Shown here: positions 22,915-31,948 of the stretch, piece by piece
Position numbering within the stretch: position 1 is the stretch's first letter
How the letters are laid out: every line of letters starts with the position of its first letter
Origin: Acutalibacteraceae bacterium
GTDB taxonomy: Bacteria; Bacillota; Clostridia; Oscillospirales; Acutalibacteraceae
DNA length: 36,635 nucleotides
Assembly (NCBI GenBank): GCA_045543505.1
Contig: JAZQMR010000037.1
Span: 1-36,635, forward strand
Direction of reading: 5' to 3'
Made by a program: the position numbers and the translations under genes
Notes under the pieces: generated by a model
Databases searched by the model: none
What the model saw: only the letters and a program-made list of their open reading frames with translations
Told to the model about the DNA's origin: nothing

Positions 22915-23859
22915 CTATAAAGTGTTTTTTATTATCTTCGATGATTTTTCAAGAGCTTGTCTTTCCGCCAGGTCTAGCTCTTCAATGATAATTTTTTCTA
23001 CACCATTTTTACCAACTACGCAAGGAACACTCAACGCCAAGTCAGACAAACCATATTCTCCGTGCAAGTCGATCGAAGCACTAAGCACTTTCTTCCTATC
23101 ATTTTTTATCGCATCAATGATATTGGAAATGCTGGTCGCTATCCCATAGTTTGTCCGAATTTTTCCCTCAATTATACGCGTGCTCATGGTTCTAGTGTCA
23201 TTCGCCAACTTTTGCTTAATCGACTCATCAAGCGCTATTTTTTTACTTGCACAAAAGCTGTCAATCGGCATACCATCAACGTTTACCGTGCTCCATAGCG
23301 CAACTTGAGAATCGCCATGCTCACCAATAACCCTCGCATCAACTTTCTTGAAATTTTGAGTGCCTATGTACTCCGAAATGACATTTGTAAAACGCATACT
23401 GTCTAAAGAACAGCCAGTCCCAAATACCGTACCTTTAGGCAAATTAAGCCACTCTATCATTTTGTAAGTTATAACGTCTACAGGATTCGAAACAATCAGC
23501 ACGATGCCTTTTGTATAGTATTTTTTTATCTCGTCCGCAACCGTTTTTGCGATCTTCACGTTATCATTGACCATGTCGAGCCGAGTCTCATTTAGCTTTC
23601 TGCCTCGACCACAAGTCACCACTATAACGTCGCTATCTTTTATGTCGCAATAATCGCCCGCCACGACCCTGCAGTTGCAAATTTCCTTCAAGCTACAGTG
23701 TATATCAAGCCTTTCGGCCTCTGACACGGATTTATTCCTATCTATGAGAACTATCTCCGTCGCGATGTTCCTTAACATCAAGGCATAGGCGGTGCTCGCC
23801 CCTACAAAGCCCGCGCCAATAATACTAACTTTAAAATCTCTTTTTTGATTTTCTGCCAC
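22915..23859 (-). CDS. LDH/MDH-family L-2-hydroxyacid dehydrogenase with a malate-type specificity residue
   Basis: KVSIIGAGFVGASTAYAL Rossmann motif, GTGCSLDSMRF (Asp168/Arg171 equivalents), IGEHGDS (His195). The substrate loop reads CGRGRKLNETRLD where LDHs have AGA(N/R)QKPGETRLD. Confidence 0.85.
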   Translation of the reverse strand: MAENQKRDFKVSIIGAGFVGASTAYALMLRNIATEIVLIDRNKSVSEAERLDIHCSLKEICNCRVVAGDYCDIKDSDVIVVTCGRGRKLNETRLDMVNDNVKIAKTVADEIKKYYTKGIVLIVSNPVDVITYKMIEWLNLPKGTVFGTGCSLDSMRFTNVISEYIGTQNFKKVDARVIGEHGDSQVALWSTVNVDGMPIDSFCASKKIALDESIKQKLANDTRTMSTRIIEGKIRTNYGIATSISNIIDAIKNDRKKVLSASIDLHGEYGLSDLALSVPCVVGKNGVEKIIIEELDLAERQALEKSSKIIKNTL

Positions 23860-23871
23860 AGTCCTGTCTCC

Positions 23872-25062
23872 TTACAGCACGCTAAATTTTCTGGATAATT
23901 CTCGAATTAAGTCATAGCCGTCCCAAACTAACGTGAAATCCATTGATTTTCCCATCGGTACCGCACGATCCACCCCAAACGGACGGCAATTTAAGAAAAA
24001 CTCTTTTATTACAGTAGTACTCAACCCAAAATAAGTCAAGGTCTGGCATTTAACGTCGCATAACGGCAAGATATCTGCAAGCTCATTTGCATCATATTCA
24101 AAGAAGAAACCGCTATTATACTTATAATCCATCAGATTTTCAAATAAATTCTCTAGTTTTACGCGGGTTATGAGTTGATCTTCTTGTTGCATTAGGTGAA
24201 CATCGTGCTCTGCCGCTACTTTAAACAATGCATTTAGCTTCCCAACTACTTGAACGGGCTTTATTTGATACTTGTTTTTAACAAGCTCGTGTATGCTTTG
24301 CCAAAAAATTTTCTTAGCCTTTTCTTTCTCGCCACCAAGCCAAATAATTATCCGCGGGGACGTGCACGCATTTTGGTCAGTAAAGAACGTGTCGTTGTAA
24401 AAATCGATAGCAATATTTTCTTTGTTAGCCATTTTTAGGTACGCATCAGCATCTATCACGGCTATCGAGTGTCTGTCGGAAAAGGTTATTTCCGTCGCAC
24501 GAGGACTTAATGGTGATTGGCGAATATTTTCAATCGTCTGGTCTCCACCCCAAATAACTCTCGTATGACAAATCGACGAAAAGAAGTCCGTAATTTGCTT
24601 GTCAGAGGCGTACTTCACCATGCAAATGTACGGCGCTAAATGCGCGAACTCCCCAGACAAAAGCTCATTAATGCACGCACATATTATTTGAACTTGCGCA
24701 AAATCTTTTGCCGGAAGGCGAACAATGTTTGCATTCCCAGCAAGTAAGCCGCTTGCAAAGCTAAACGCAAAATTCACCGGCACATTAGAAGGCGTGCTAT
24801 GAAAAACTATACCTCGGCCTAGCCGAGTTGATAAATCATCATATTTTTCTTTCTCTTTTAGGAGCGCTGCTCTCCTGCACCAAAAACCAAAAGTCGCAAT
24901 GTCGGAGTATTCCTTGCCATAAATCATAAACTTCTTTGATAGCGCATTGAGAAAAGCTATTGCTTCCTCGGAAAAAGGAACTAATGGCCTTAATTTTTGC
25001 ATCTTTTCAAGCGTTTTTTCATCGCCAACCACAAACGTCAAATTATTAAAACTTGCTTGCAT
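23872..25062 (-). CDS. LuxC-like acyl-CoA/acyl-protein reductase (ALDH superfamily)
   Basis: About 396 aa from ATG 25062 (MQASFNN), overlapping the upstream stop by 17 nt. HSTPSNVPVNFAFSFASGLLAGNANIVRLP and a candidate catalytic Cys in DQNACTSPRII resemble the LuxC family. Adjacent to the LuxE-like gene. Confidence 0.7.
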   Translation of the reverse strand: MQASFNNLTFVVGDEKTLEKMQKLRPLVPFSEEAIAFLNALSKKFMIYGKEYSDIATFGFWCRRAALLKEKEKYDDLSTRLGRGIVFHSTPSNVPVNFAFSFASGLLAGNANIVRLPAKDFAQVQIICACINELLSGEFAHLAPYICMVKYASDKQITDFFSSICHTRVIWGGDQTIENIRQSPLSPRATEITFSDRHSIAVIDADAYLKMANKENIAIDFYNDTFFTDQNACTSPRIIIWLGGEKEKAKKIFWQSIHELVKNKYQIKPVQVVGKLNALFKVAAEHDVHLMQQEDQLITRVKLENLFENLMDYKYNSGFFFEYDANELADILPLCDVKCQTLTYFGLSTTVIKEFFLNCRPFGVDRAVPMGKSMDFTLVWDGYDLIRELSRKFSVL

Positions 25063-26128
25063 AAGTATCGCTGCACCCTCTAATCTCCGCATTTTTTAGC
25101 CTACCATTAACTTTAAAGTACTTGCCAAGGCGGCCACATGGACAATCATCTTCGCCCAAAATCACACCTTCATCCTCCGTCAAAAGAGAATGCCCAGGAT
25201 AAGATACTGGCAAAAGCGAAACCACTTGAATAATGCCCGGCTCGCCAAAGGCGCAAGGCTGTAAATCTATCGCTCTTCTGGTGATTACGTCTGAAAACAC
25301 GCTGGCGTGCAAGTGTCCATACTCACAGGCCATATAAATACAACCGGTTTGCTCCACCATACCATAGTAATCATGAATATCGCTTAAGCCGCACACGCTT
25401 TCAAGTCTGTCTTTAAACTCAGCATGCGATACCGCTTCTGAGGCGAGTTTTTTCCAGCCTCCACCGTGAATTAAAATTCCCTTCGATAGATCAAACTTTT
25501 TATTCGCATTTAAAAGCTCTTTATAAAAATGCTGCCAAATCATAAAAGTAAATCCAAATATCAGGATCTTTTTACCTTTATGTTTGTCTAAAAATTTTTC
25601 TATCTCATCCACATTTAGGCTCATGTCGTCGTTTAGCGCATAGGTCTTATCCGCGCCAAAGATAGAAAAGCCTAAAATTCCAGCACCTCTGGCCGAAAAC
25701 ATCTTTCTATCTTTAATTACAGATGGACAATCAATAATCAGCATCGGCAATCTAGCCGAACCGGTGAATTGAGACACGATATTCACTAAGGTCTTCTGCT
25801 GATTATTCGCGGTCTGCCTATCAACAAATATCTTGGACACAGCTTGCCCGGTTGTCCCTGAGGATGTCATCACCTTGAAAACATCTTTTTGCTCTACGCT
25901 TTTTAGTTCCAGCTCTTTGAAAAGGCTTACTGGAACAAACGGCAAGTCATAATAGCTTTTTATTTTTGAATCATCAAAGCTAATCGCCTGCAACATATTT
26001 CTATACATATCGCAGCTTTGATAATGATGTTTCGTCAAAGCTAAAAGATTTTCCGTCAAGAAGTTTTCTTTTTGACTCTTGCTAAAGGAAAATGGAGCTG
26101 TACTTAATATTTTCTCGTAGTCAATCAT
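25046..26128 (-). CDS. LuxE-like acyl-protein synthetase (PaaK/F390-synthetase fold)
   Basis: ATG 26128 (MIDYEKIL) sits in an ATGATTGA overlap with the ligase stop, after GGAGGAG. LPFVPVSLFKE...VMTSSGTTGQAVSKIFVD is the LuxE-family N-terminal signature. Confidence 0.75.
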   Translation of the reverse strand: MIDYEKILSTAPFSFSKSQKENFLTENLLALTKHHYQSCDMYRNMLQAISFDDSKIKSYYDLPFVPVSLFKELELKSVEQKDVFKVMTSSGTTGQAVSKIFVDRQTANNQQKTLVNIVSQFTGSARLPMLIIDCPSVIKDRKMFSARGAGILGFSIFGADKTYALNDDMSLNVDEIEKFLDKHKGKKILIFGFTFMIWQHFYKELLNANKKFDLSKGILIHGGGWKKLASEAVSHAEFKDRLESVCGLSDIHDYYGMVEQTGCIYMACEYGHLHASVFSDVITRRAIDLQPCAFGEPGIIQVVSLLPVSYPGHSLLTEDEGVILGEDDCPCGRLGKYFKVNGRLKNAEIRGCSDTYASKF

Positions 26129-27533
26129 AATGCTCCTCCAAACTTGGATACAAAACTTTCCCGGATTCATTTCGAGGAATTTCTTCAATAAACTTTACTT
26201 TAAATGCGGAGTGATTTATCCCTGTCTTCTGCGAAATAAAATGCAAAATCTCGTCAACTTTATTTTGAGAGTCCACAAATATATACATACAGTCATCCAT
26301 TCCGCAACAAGCACAGTCGAGCTCTTTAAATTCAGTTTTTATTAATTGCTCTGTCTCATCCAAGTTAACGCGATTTCCAAATATCTTCAAAAACCGTTTT
26401 TTTCTTCCAACAATGTAGTAAAAACCTTCCTCATCAAATTTTGCCATATCACCGGTATGCAAAACACCATTTCTCTCGTCGCCCTTAGCCAGGTCTTCCC
26501 TACTCTCGGCATAGCCCAAAGTAACATTGTCTCCCTTATATACTAGTTCCCCGGCTACATTCGGCTGAGTAATTTTTTGACCGTCTTCCCCTTCGAGCGA
26601 AAACTCTCCGCCTGGAACAGCTATACCTATGCTGCCTGCCTTTTCCAACGATTTCTCCTGCGGTAAATACGACATTCTTGCGGTTGCCTCAGTTTGGCCG
26701 TACATCACCACGAAATTTTTATCGTTATCTAAGGCGTACTTTGCGAATTTTTCATGCAGAGCTAACGGCAATCTTCCTCCAGCTTGAGTCATCGTCTTTA
26801 AATACGGTAAATTCATTCTGAAAAAACGCAATTTATCTAACATCTCATAGGTATATGGGACTCCTCCGAATGACGTCACCTTATATTCTTTTAGCTGAGT
26901 CCAGAAATCTTTTTGCATTAGCGTTTTTTCAGTCAAAACAATTGTAGCACCGACTAGCAAATGGCTATTAATAATTGACAATCCATACGTGTAATTCATC
27001 GGTAAAGTCGTAATTGCACTTTCAATTGATGTTAAATCCAAGTACTTCGCAATCGCATCCATATTGGACTGCACATTAACATAACTTTGCCTAACTAACT
27101 TAAAGCTTCCCGTTGAGCCAGATGTTGTCAACAAAAGCGCTAAATCCTCATGCAAACGCTTATTAACATGAAGATTCGTTTTTACTAAGCAATATTCACA
27201 AGAGGAGTAAACCACATCGTATCCACAAAAATTTGCTACTTTGCTTGACGGCAACCACAAATATTCTGGACTATAAGTTTCTACTAAATTTTTCAAAAGT
27301 TTGATGTCTAAATTTGCATCTACCATTAGCGGCACCACGCGGTTATTCAAGAACGTTATGTACCCAACTAAAGAACCTAACGTATTTGAACACAAATTGA
27401 ACACAAGGCTCCTACTAGGAAGATACCCCTTCAGTTGTTCTGAAAGGGTACAAATCTCGTCGTAAGAAAATTCTTTGCCAGACTCCTCTATGACGGCAAT
27501 GTTCTCTTTAAATTTATTTAAGTTCCACATCAT
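26121..27533 (-). CDS. ANL-superfamily adenylating enzyme (acyl-ACP / acyl-CoA ligase)
   Basis: Core motifs LLTTSGSTGSFK, YGQTE, HTGD, GRKKRFLKIFGNRV, PRNESGK. The start (ATG 27533 or 27530) overlaps the ACP gene end by about 20 nt. Confidence 0.85.
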   Translation of the reverse strand: MMWNLNKFKENIAVIEESGKEFSYDEICTLSEQLKGYLPSRSLVFNLCSNTLGSLVGYITFLNNRVVPLMVDANLDIKLLKNLVETYSPEYLWLPSSKVANFCGYDVVYSSCEYCLVKTNLHVNKRLHEDLALLLTTSGSTGSFKLVRQSYVNVQSNMDAIAKYLDLTSIESAITTLPMNYTYGLSIINSHLLVGATIVLTEKTLMQKDFWTQLKEYKVTSFGGVPYTYEMLDKLRFFRMNLPYLKTMTQAGGRLPLALHEKFAKYALDNDKNFVVMYGQTEATARMSYLPQEKSLEKAGSIGIAVPGGEFSLEGEDGQKITQPNVAGELVYKGDNVTLGYAESREDLAKGDERNGVLHTGDMAKFDEEGFYYIVGRKKRFLKIFGNRVNLDETEQLIKTEFKELDCACCGMDDCMYIFVDSQNKVDEILHFISQKTGINHSAFKVKFIEEIPRNESGKVLYPSLEEHYD

Positions 27534-27753
27534 ACTTAGCAAGAATCTCCTTACCTTTTTCAAACGAGCTAAAATCTATAATGTCATCCGTGTCCATCAT
27601 TATGTTGAAGGTTTCCTCCAAGGCTGCAATCAAACTCATATGGCCAACAGAATCCCACTCACCAATAGCCTGATACTCCAGCCCTTCTGTTTGCTCCTTC
27701 GTAATGTTAAATGTCTCCTCGAATGCTTTTGTGTATTTCTCTAAGTTTGTCAT
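27514..27753 (-). CDS. Acyl carrier protein
   Basis: 79 aa, acidic, with a phosphopantetheine attachment motif GEWDSVGHMSLI. Confidence 0.8.
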   Translation of the reverse strand: MTNLEKYTKAFEETFNITKEQTEGLEYQAIGEWDSVGHMSLIAALEETFNIMMDTDDIIDFSSFEKGKEILAKYDVELK

Positions 27754-27783
27754 GATAAAGTTTACCTCTCTATATTTTAGTGT

Positions 27784-28530
27784 TTATATTATTGCGCTTC
27801 CATCGACGCCCAATATTTGTCCAGTAATATAACTTGACATATCAGACGCTAGAAAAACGCAAGCGTTTGCGACATCTTCTGGCGTTCCTATTCTAGCCAT
27901 TCTTATATTTTCTATTTTTTCTTTCTGCTGTGTCTCTGCTACAGCTCGAAACAAATCGGTGTCTATAACGCCAGGCGCAATTGCATTTACTCTTATGTTA
28001 TATGGCGCAAGTTCCTTAGCCGCTGTTTTTGTTAGCGATATAATAGCACCTTTTGAGGACGAATAAGCCACCTGTCCCCTGTTTCCCTCTACACCAACTA
28101 TACTGGATATGTTTATTATACTACCAAACTTTTGTCGCATCATAATCTTTGCGGAAAATTGAAGCAACTTAATCGGCGCAAAAACATTAACCTTGAAAGT
28201 TTCCTCCACCAAGCCATCAGATATCATTCCGATGAGAGCGTCTTTCATCATCCCCGCGTTATTAACCAACGCATCTAGCTTTAATTTTTGATTTTGGATT
28301 TCTCGGCAGGCCCTATTTATAGAACCGCTATCTTTTAAGTCAAAATGTACCGGCCAAATCTCTACATTGAAGTTCTGCGCAACTTCGCTAATCATATTCT
28401 CGAACTCAACACTTTTGCACCTTGCATGTGCCCATATGTTTGCACCATTTCTTGCGCATTCTACAAGCATAGCTTTTCCTATGCCCCTGTTAGTTCCTGT
28501 GATAAAAATATTTTTACCTTTTAACAGCAT
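27784..28530 (-). CDS. Short-chain dehydrogenase/reductase, FabG-like
   Basis: ITGTNRGIGKA, NNAG, and the catalytic YSSSKGA (YxxxK) with an upstream Ser. Confidence 0.88.
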   Translation of the reverse strand: MLLKGKNIFITGTNRGIGKAMLVECARNGANIWAHARCKSVEFENMISEVAQNFNVEIWPVHFDLKDSGSINRACREIQNQKLKLDALVNNAGMMKDALIGMISDGLVEETFKVNVFAPIKLLQFSAKIMMRQKFGSIINISSIVGVEGNRGQVAYSSSKGAIISLTKTAAKELAPYNIRVNAIAPGVIDTDLFRAVAETQQKEKIENIRMARIGTPEDVANACVFLASDMSSYITGQILGVDGSAII

Positions 28531-28545
28531 TATGTTTTTATCTCC

Positions 28546-29271
28546 TTAAGAGCAATGTTTAATAAATACATGGCAAACATCTTTAGCATTAAATCCCAAC
28601 GAAAGATGAACATGCAAAGTGTTTACGTTATTTAAGGAAATGTAAGTAGACATTTTTTTATAATTTCGTCTTATGGCTTCTTTTAAAGGCTTTTCTAAAG
28701 TACTTAACCCTAAACCAGAATTTAAGAAGTCTCTATACATTCCGACTAAAAACGGATAGCATGTGCTGTTGCCAATATCTTTAAATGTGAAGAACCCTAC
28801 GGACTTATCTTTATGTGTTATTTTAAAGGCCTCCGTACCTTTGTCAAGCTCATCTGATATCCAATTTATATACCTGTTCGCAGCTTGCTCGTGAGTAAAA
28901 TGAGGATCTATATAAATTCTATCTGTGCTAAATACACCTTTTTTTATTTCGCAGAAAAGCTCCTCGATGTCATCTTTTTCCATCATAGAGTAAGATAAAC
29001 TATCCATAATTCGTTGCTGAATTGGGTTTAGTTTTATGTCTTTCAAGTCGTGCGTTAGATTTATGCTCGATTCGACATACGTGTATCCCATTTCCTGCAG
29101 CAAAAACATAACATCAAATTTGCCGCTCGGAACCTTTACTACAGTATATTGGCTTTCATTTTGAGGTAACTCTTTTCTTATTTTTTCTATAGTGTCATCT
29201 TTCTCGATTTTTATTTCCCGACAATCTACGCCTAGATTTCGCTTTTCCCATATTGCATCAACAACTTTCAA
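28546..29271 (-). CDS. Putative N-acyltransferase (GNAT-like C-terminal half; WecD-like size and position)
   Basis: 241 aa. The C-terminal part (FFTFKDIGNS..FLVGMYRDFLNSGLGLSTLEK..EAIRRNYKKMSTYISLNNVNTLHVHLSLGFN) looks like a GNAT fold. The assignment rests mostly on context and is weak. Confidence 0.45.
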   Translation of the reverse strand: MKVVDAIWEKRNLGVDCREIKIEKDDTIEKIRKELPQNESQYTVVKVPSGKFDVMFLLQEMGYTYVESSINLTHDLKDIKLNPIQQRIMDSLSYSMMEKDDIEELFCEIKKGVFSTDRIYIDPHFTHEQAANRYINWISDELDKGTEAFKITHKDKSVGFFTFKDIGNSTCYPFLVGMYRDFLNSGLGLSTLEKPLKEAIRRNYKKMSTYISLNNVNTLHVHLSLGFNAKDVCHVFIKHCS

Positions 29272-29282
29272 AAGATATCACC

Positions 29283-30785
29283 TCAATTTTTAATATATAA
29301 ACACCCAAAATCAGTTAAACCTTGTTGCTCATATCCCTCTATGGGTTGGTCGGTATTAAGCAACAAATATTTGCTTTTTAAATTCTCTAGCGGTCTCTCA
29401 TACAACCACTGGATTCCTATACCCGGATGTAAGTTGGACCACAGCTCAAAATTAAACCAATTGTCTGTTGCTAACGTATTTTCAAAAGGATTTTCTGCGT
29501 CCTCATTATATTTTATTACAGTTTGAATTAATTGAAAGTCTCTCTTTTCGACTTTGATAAAACGATTAACAATCTCTGGAGAGTTAGGCTGAGGAAACAT
29601 TTTTAAATTAAATATAAAAAATACACCAAAAAGAAAAGAAAAAAATTTAAATGAAAAAAATCTTTTATGAATAACTAAATTAACTACTGATATCCACAAA
29701 ATAGGAGCCAATGTCCGATATTCTCGAAAAGAATGCACATCATAAATAAGCAAAATAATAACAAGAGGAAAAAACAATAAACAAAATTGGATAACATAAA
29801 AAGCATCCGGCTTATCTTTGAGAGACAACGACATGAAGTTTTTCCTGCTTTTTTTGAATGCTATTTTTATAAAGATTAAGCCAAAATATATCGTTAATAT
29901 CATCAAACAAATCAGCCTAAAACTAACTTCTATTTTACTTGCAGAATTTAAGCTAAACAGATTTTTCACATTATTTATAAAATTAAAACGAATCCCATCT
30001 AACATAGCTTTTACATTTGATGTATGCATAACACTATACAAGACACCAAATGGATACGGCGCAGTAAATAAAGACACAACAAAATAAAGTCCGCCAGAAT
30101 ACAAAATCCAAAATAGAAATAACTTAGCAAATTTTCTACTGAAATGAAAGTCACTTAAAGCAAATACCGGAGCTAAAAGCAAAACAATGTATATAATTCT
30201 ATAGAAACAGCAAATCGTTCCAAAAATCAGCGTTAAGATTAAAAATACTTTTTTTGTTCTGCCATCAGAGACGCAAACTTTATAGAATGAAGCAAAAAAT
30301 AAAGATAACAATCCATAATTTAACATTTCAGTCATAGCCGTTAGCGCGAACCACATAGCCGGAGTAAAAAATAAATATACTCCTAAAAAACAAAAGGTTT
30401 GAGCGGCACTTGGTCTAAGAATAAAAACCACACCTAAAAAACAAATCGCTGTAAAAAGCATATTAGCAAGTACAATTCCGTTTTCTGGCCAATTTAAAAC
30501 TTTTGCAAAAGGAAAATAAAGTAATGCCGGAAAAAATCCATGCGTGCTAAAACACCCTATTTTAGGAGTTAATTCATTTATACCAATGTATCCAGTCTTA
30601 AAGCCATAATGCACAAAAGAATAGATTTCCCTCCAAAAACCAATCTCATCACTCCAAATTGGCCGACCAGCAAATGCATTTTGCTTTAAAATAAAAGATA
30701 ATATAGCTAACAAAATTACTGGAGATAAGATAAAACAAATATAAGAAAAGTGTTTTAAAATTTTACGGCTATTTAAATTTAACAT
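29283..30785 (-). CDS. Large polytopic membrane protein, GT-C (ArnT/PMT_2)-like, with a C-terminal extracytoplasmic domain
   Basis: About 500 aa from ATG 30785 (TAATG overlap with the upstream stop), about 11-12 TM segments. Acidic motif IWSDEIGFWRE in the first external loop and a soluble tail of about 110 aa. Confidence 0.55.
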   Translation of the reverse strand: MLNLNSRKILKHFSYICFILSPVILLAILSFILKQNAFAGRPIWSDEIGFWREIYSFVHYGFKTGYIGINELTPKIGCFSTHGFFPALLYFPFAKVLNWPENGIVLANMLFTAICFLGVVFILRPSAAQTFCFLGVYLFFTPAMWFALTAMTEMLNYGLLSLFFASFYKVCVSDGRTKKVFLILTLIFGTICCFYRIIYIVLLLAPVFALSDFHFSRKFAKLFLFWILYSGGLYFVVSLFTAPYPFGVLYSVMHTSNVKAMLDGIRFNFINNVKNLFSLNSASKIEVSFRLICLMILTIYFGLIFIKIAFKKSRKNFMSLSLKDKPDAFYVIQFCLLFFPLVIILLIYDVHSFREYRTLAPILWISVVNLVIHKRFFSFKFFSFLFGVFFIFNLKMFPQPNSPEIVNRFIKVEKRDFQLIQTVIKYNEDAENPFENTLATDNWFNFELWSNLHPGIGIQWLYERPLENLKSKYLLLNTDQPIEGYEQQGLTDFGCLYIKN

Positions 30786-31948
30786 TAATAATATGAACCT
30801 CCGTATAACAATACAATATAATAGCTTACCCAAGAAAGTACATGCATACCTAAAACTGCAGATATCACCGTTAAACGATATACAGTTGTTGTCTTAATTT
30901 TACTTAAAAGTTTATACAGAGAAACAACAAACAATACGCCAACTGCAAACTGAGCTCCCCAACCAAAATTACCATCCATCAGCCGCACTCCTGTTTCATA
31001 CAAAAGGGCATAAATAGCAATATTAAAGCTACCTAGCAACCAACCAAATCCGTAGATCTTATCTTTTATTAAATCTCTGTAATTAAAAATTAAAACAACT
31101 AATGGAAAAGCAACGGATAACAACAATGCTGTATATGGATTTTTGGTATATATACTCCAGACCTTAAAAAGTCCAAAAGCTAATTTACTGTTATCGTCAA
31201 AAAGCTGACTTTTTTGCCACAATATTAAAGCCAATGCAGGAAAAACCGTTGTTCCAAAAACTAAATAATTAAAAATATTTTTGCCTTTACCATTTATGAA
31301 GTCAAAAATCATAATGATTAACATACAAAAAGCAAACGCAAGAGTAAAGCTAGGTTTAAACCAAGTAGCTAAAAACAATGATACTGAAAAGCCAAGCCAT
31401 TCTAAAAAAGAAATTTTTCTAGCATGATACTTTCTAAACAACTTAAAAAATAGCAATAACGATAGTAATGCAAATGGCTTCATAGCAATATATGTTGAGT
31501 TATGGTATAGATTAAAAGTCAACATTCCTAAGTAGCGATGTTCGTTTATGACCGGGATGTATATCGGCATGGACATATTACAGATTAAAGCAGCTAGATA
31601 CAGTTTTTCGTTGCTTATTTTTCCATGCACCAAATGTTTTAACAATATAAAGGTGAAATATATACTAACCAAGGAAAACAACGTTAAAGTAAGAGAAATT
31701 AGAAAGCATCTATGAGGAAGCCTCCAAAGAAATCCTAAAATTACATACATTAAGCTATAGGCACTTCCTGGTTGCAAACCGGCACGTATATGCGCAGGTA
31801 AATCTGATAATTTTACGTTGACAACGCCATCATATTTAGCTTGTTCTCTAAATAAAAAAATTAAACTTAAAGCGTAAACGATAGTTATAATCGCAGATAA
31901 AAACACATTAATTGAAAAATATTTTCTTTTCGTCATTGCTTTCGTCAC
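30785..31948 (-). CDS. Polytopic membrane protein of unknown family (possible glycosyltransferase or polymerase)
   Basis: 387 aa, about 10-11 TM segments, translationally overlapped on both sides. No motif I can assign. Start at ATG 31948 or 31936. Confidence 0.5.
   Translation of the reverse strand: MTKAMTKRKYFSINVFLSAIITIVYALSLIFLFREQAKYDGVVNVKLSDLPAHIRAGLQPGSAYSLMYVILGFLWRLPHRCFLISLTLTLFSLVSIYFTFILLKHLVHGKISNEKLYLAALICNMSMPIYIPVINEHRYLGMLTFNLYHNSTYIAMKPFALLSLLLFFKLFRKYHARKISFLEWLGFSVSLFLATWFKPSFTLAFAFCMLIIMIFDFINGKGKNIFNYLVFGTTVFPALALILWQKSQLFDDNSKLAFGLFKVWSIYTKNPYTALLLSVAFPLVVLIFNYRDLIKDKIYGFGWLLGSFNIAIYALLYETGVRLMDGNFGWGAQFAVGVLFVVSLYKLLSKIKTTTVYRLTVISAVLGMHVLSWVSYYIVLLYGGSYY

Noticed and set aside
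22915-23859. An ordinary fermentative L-lactate dehydrogenase.
   Set aside because: The gene is tightly embedded in the glycan operon (9-nt and 13-nt gaps to its neighbours). By eye alignment it carries Arg instead of Gln at the pyruvate-specificity position. A housekeeping role is still possible and is listed as a refutation test.
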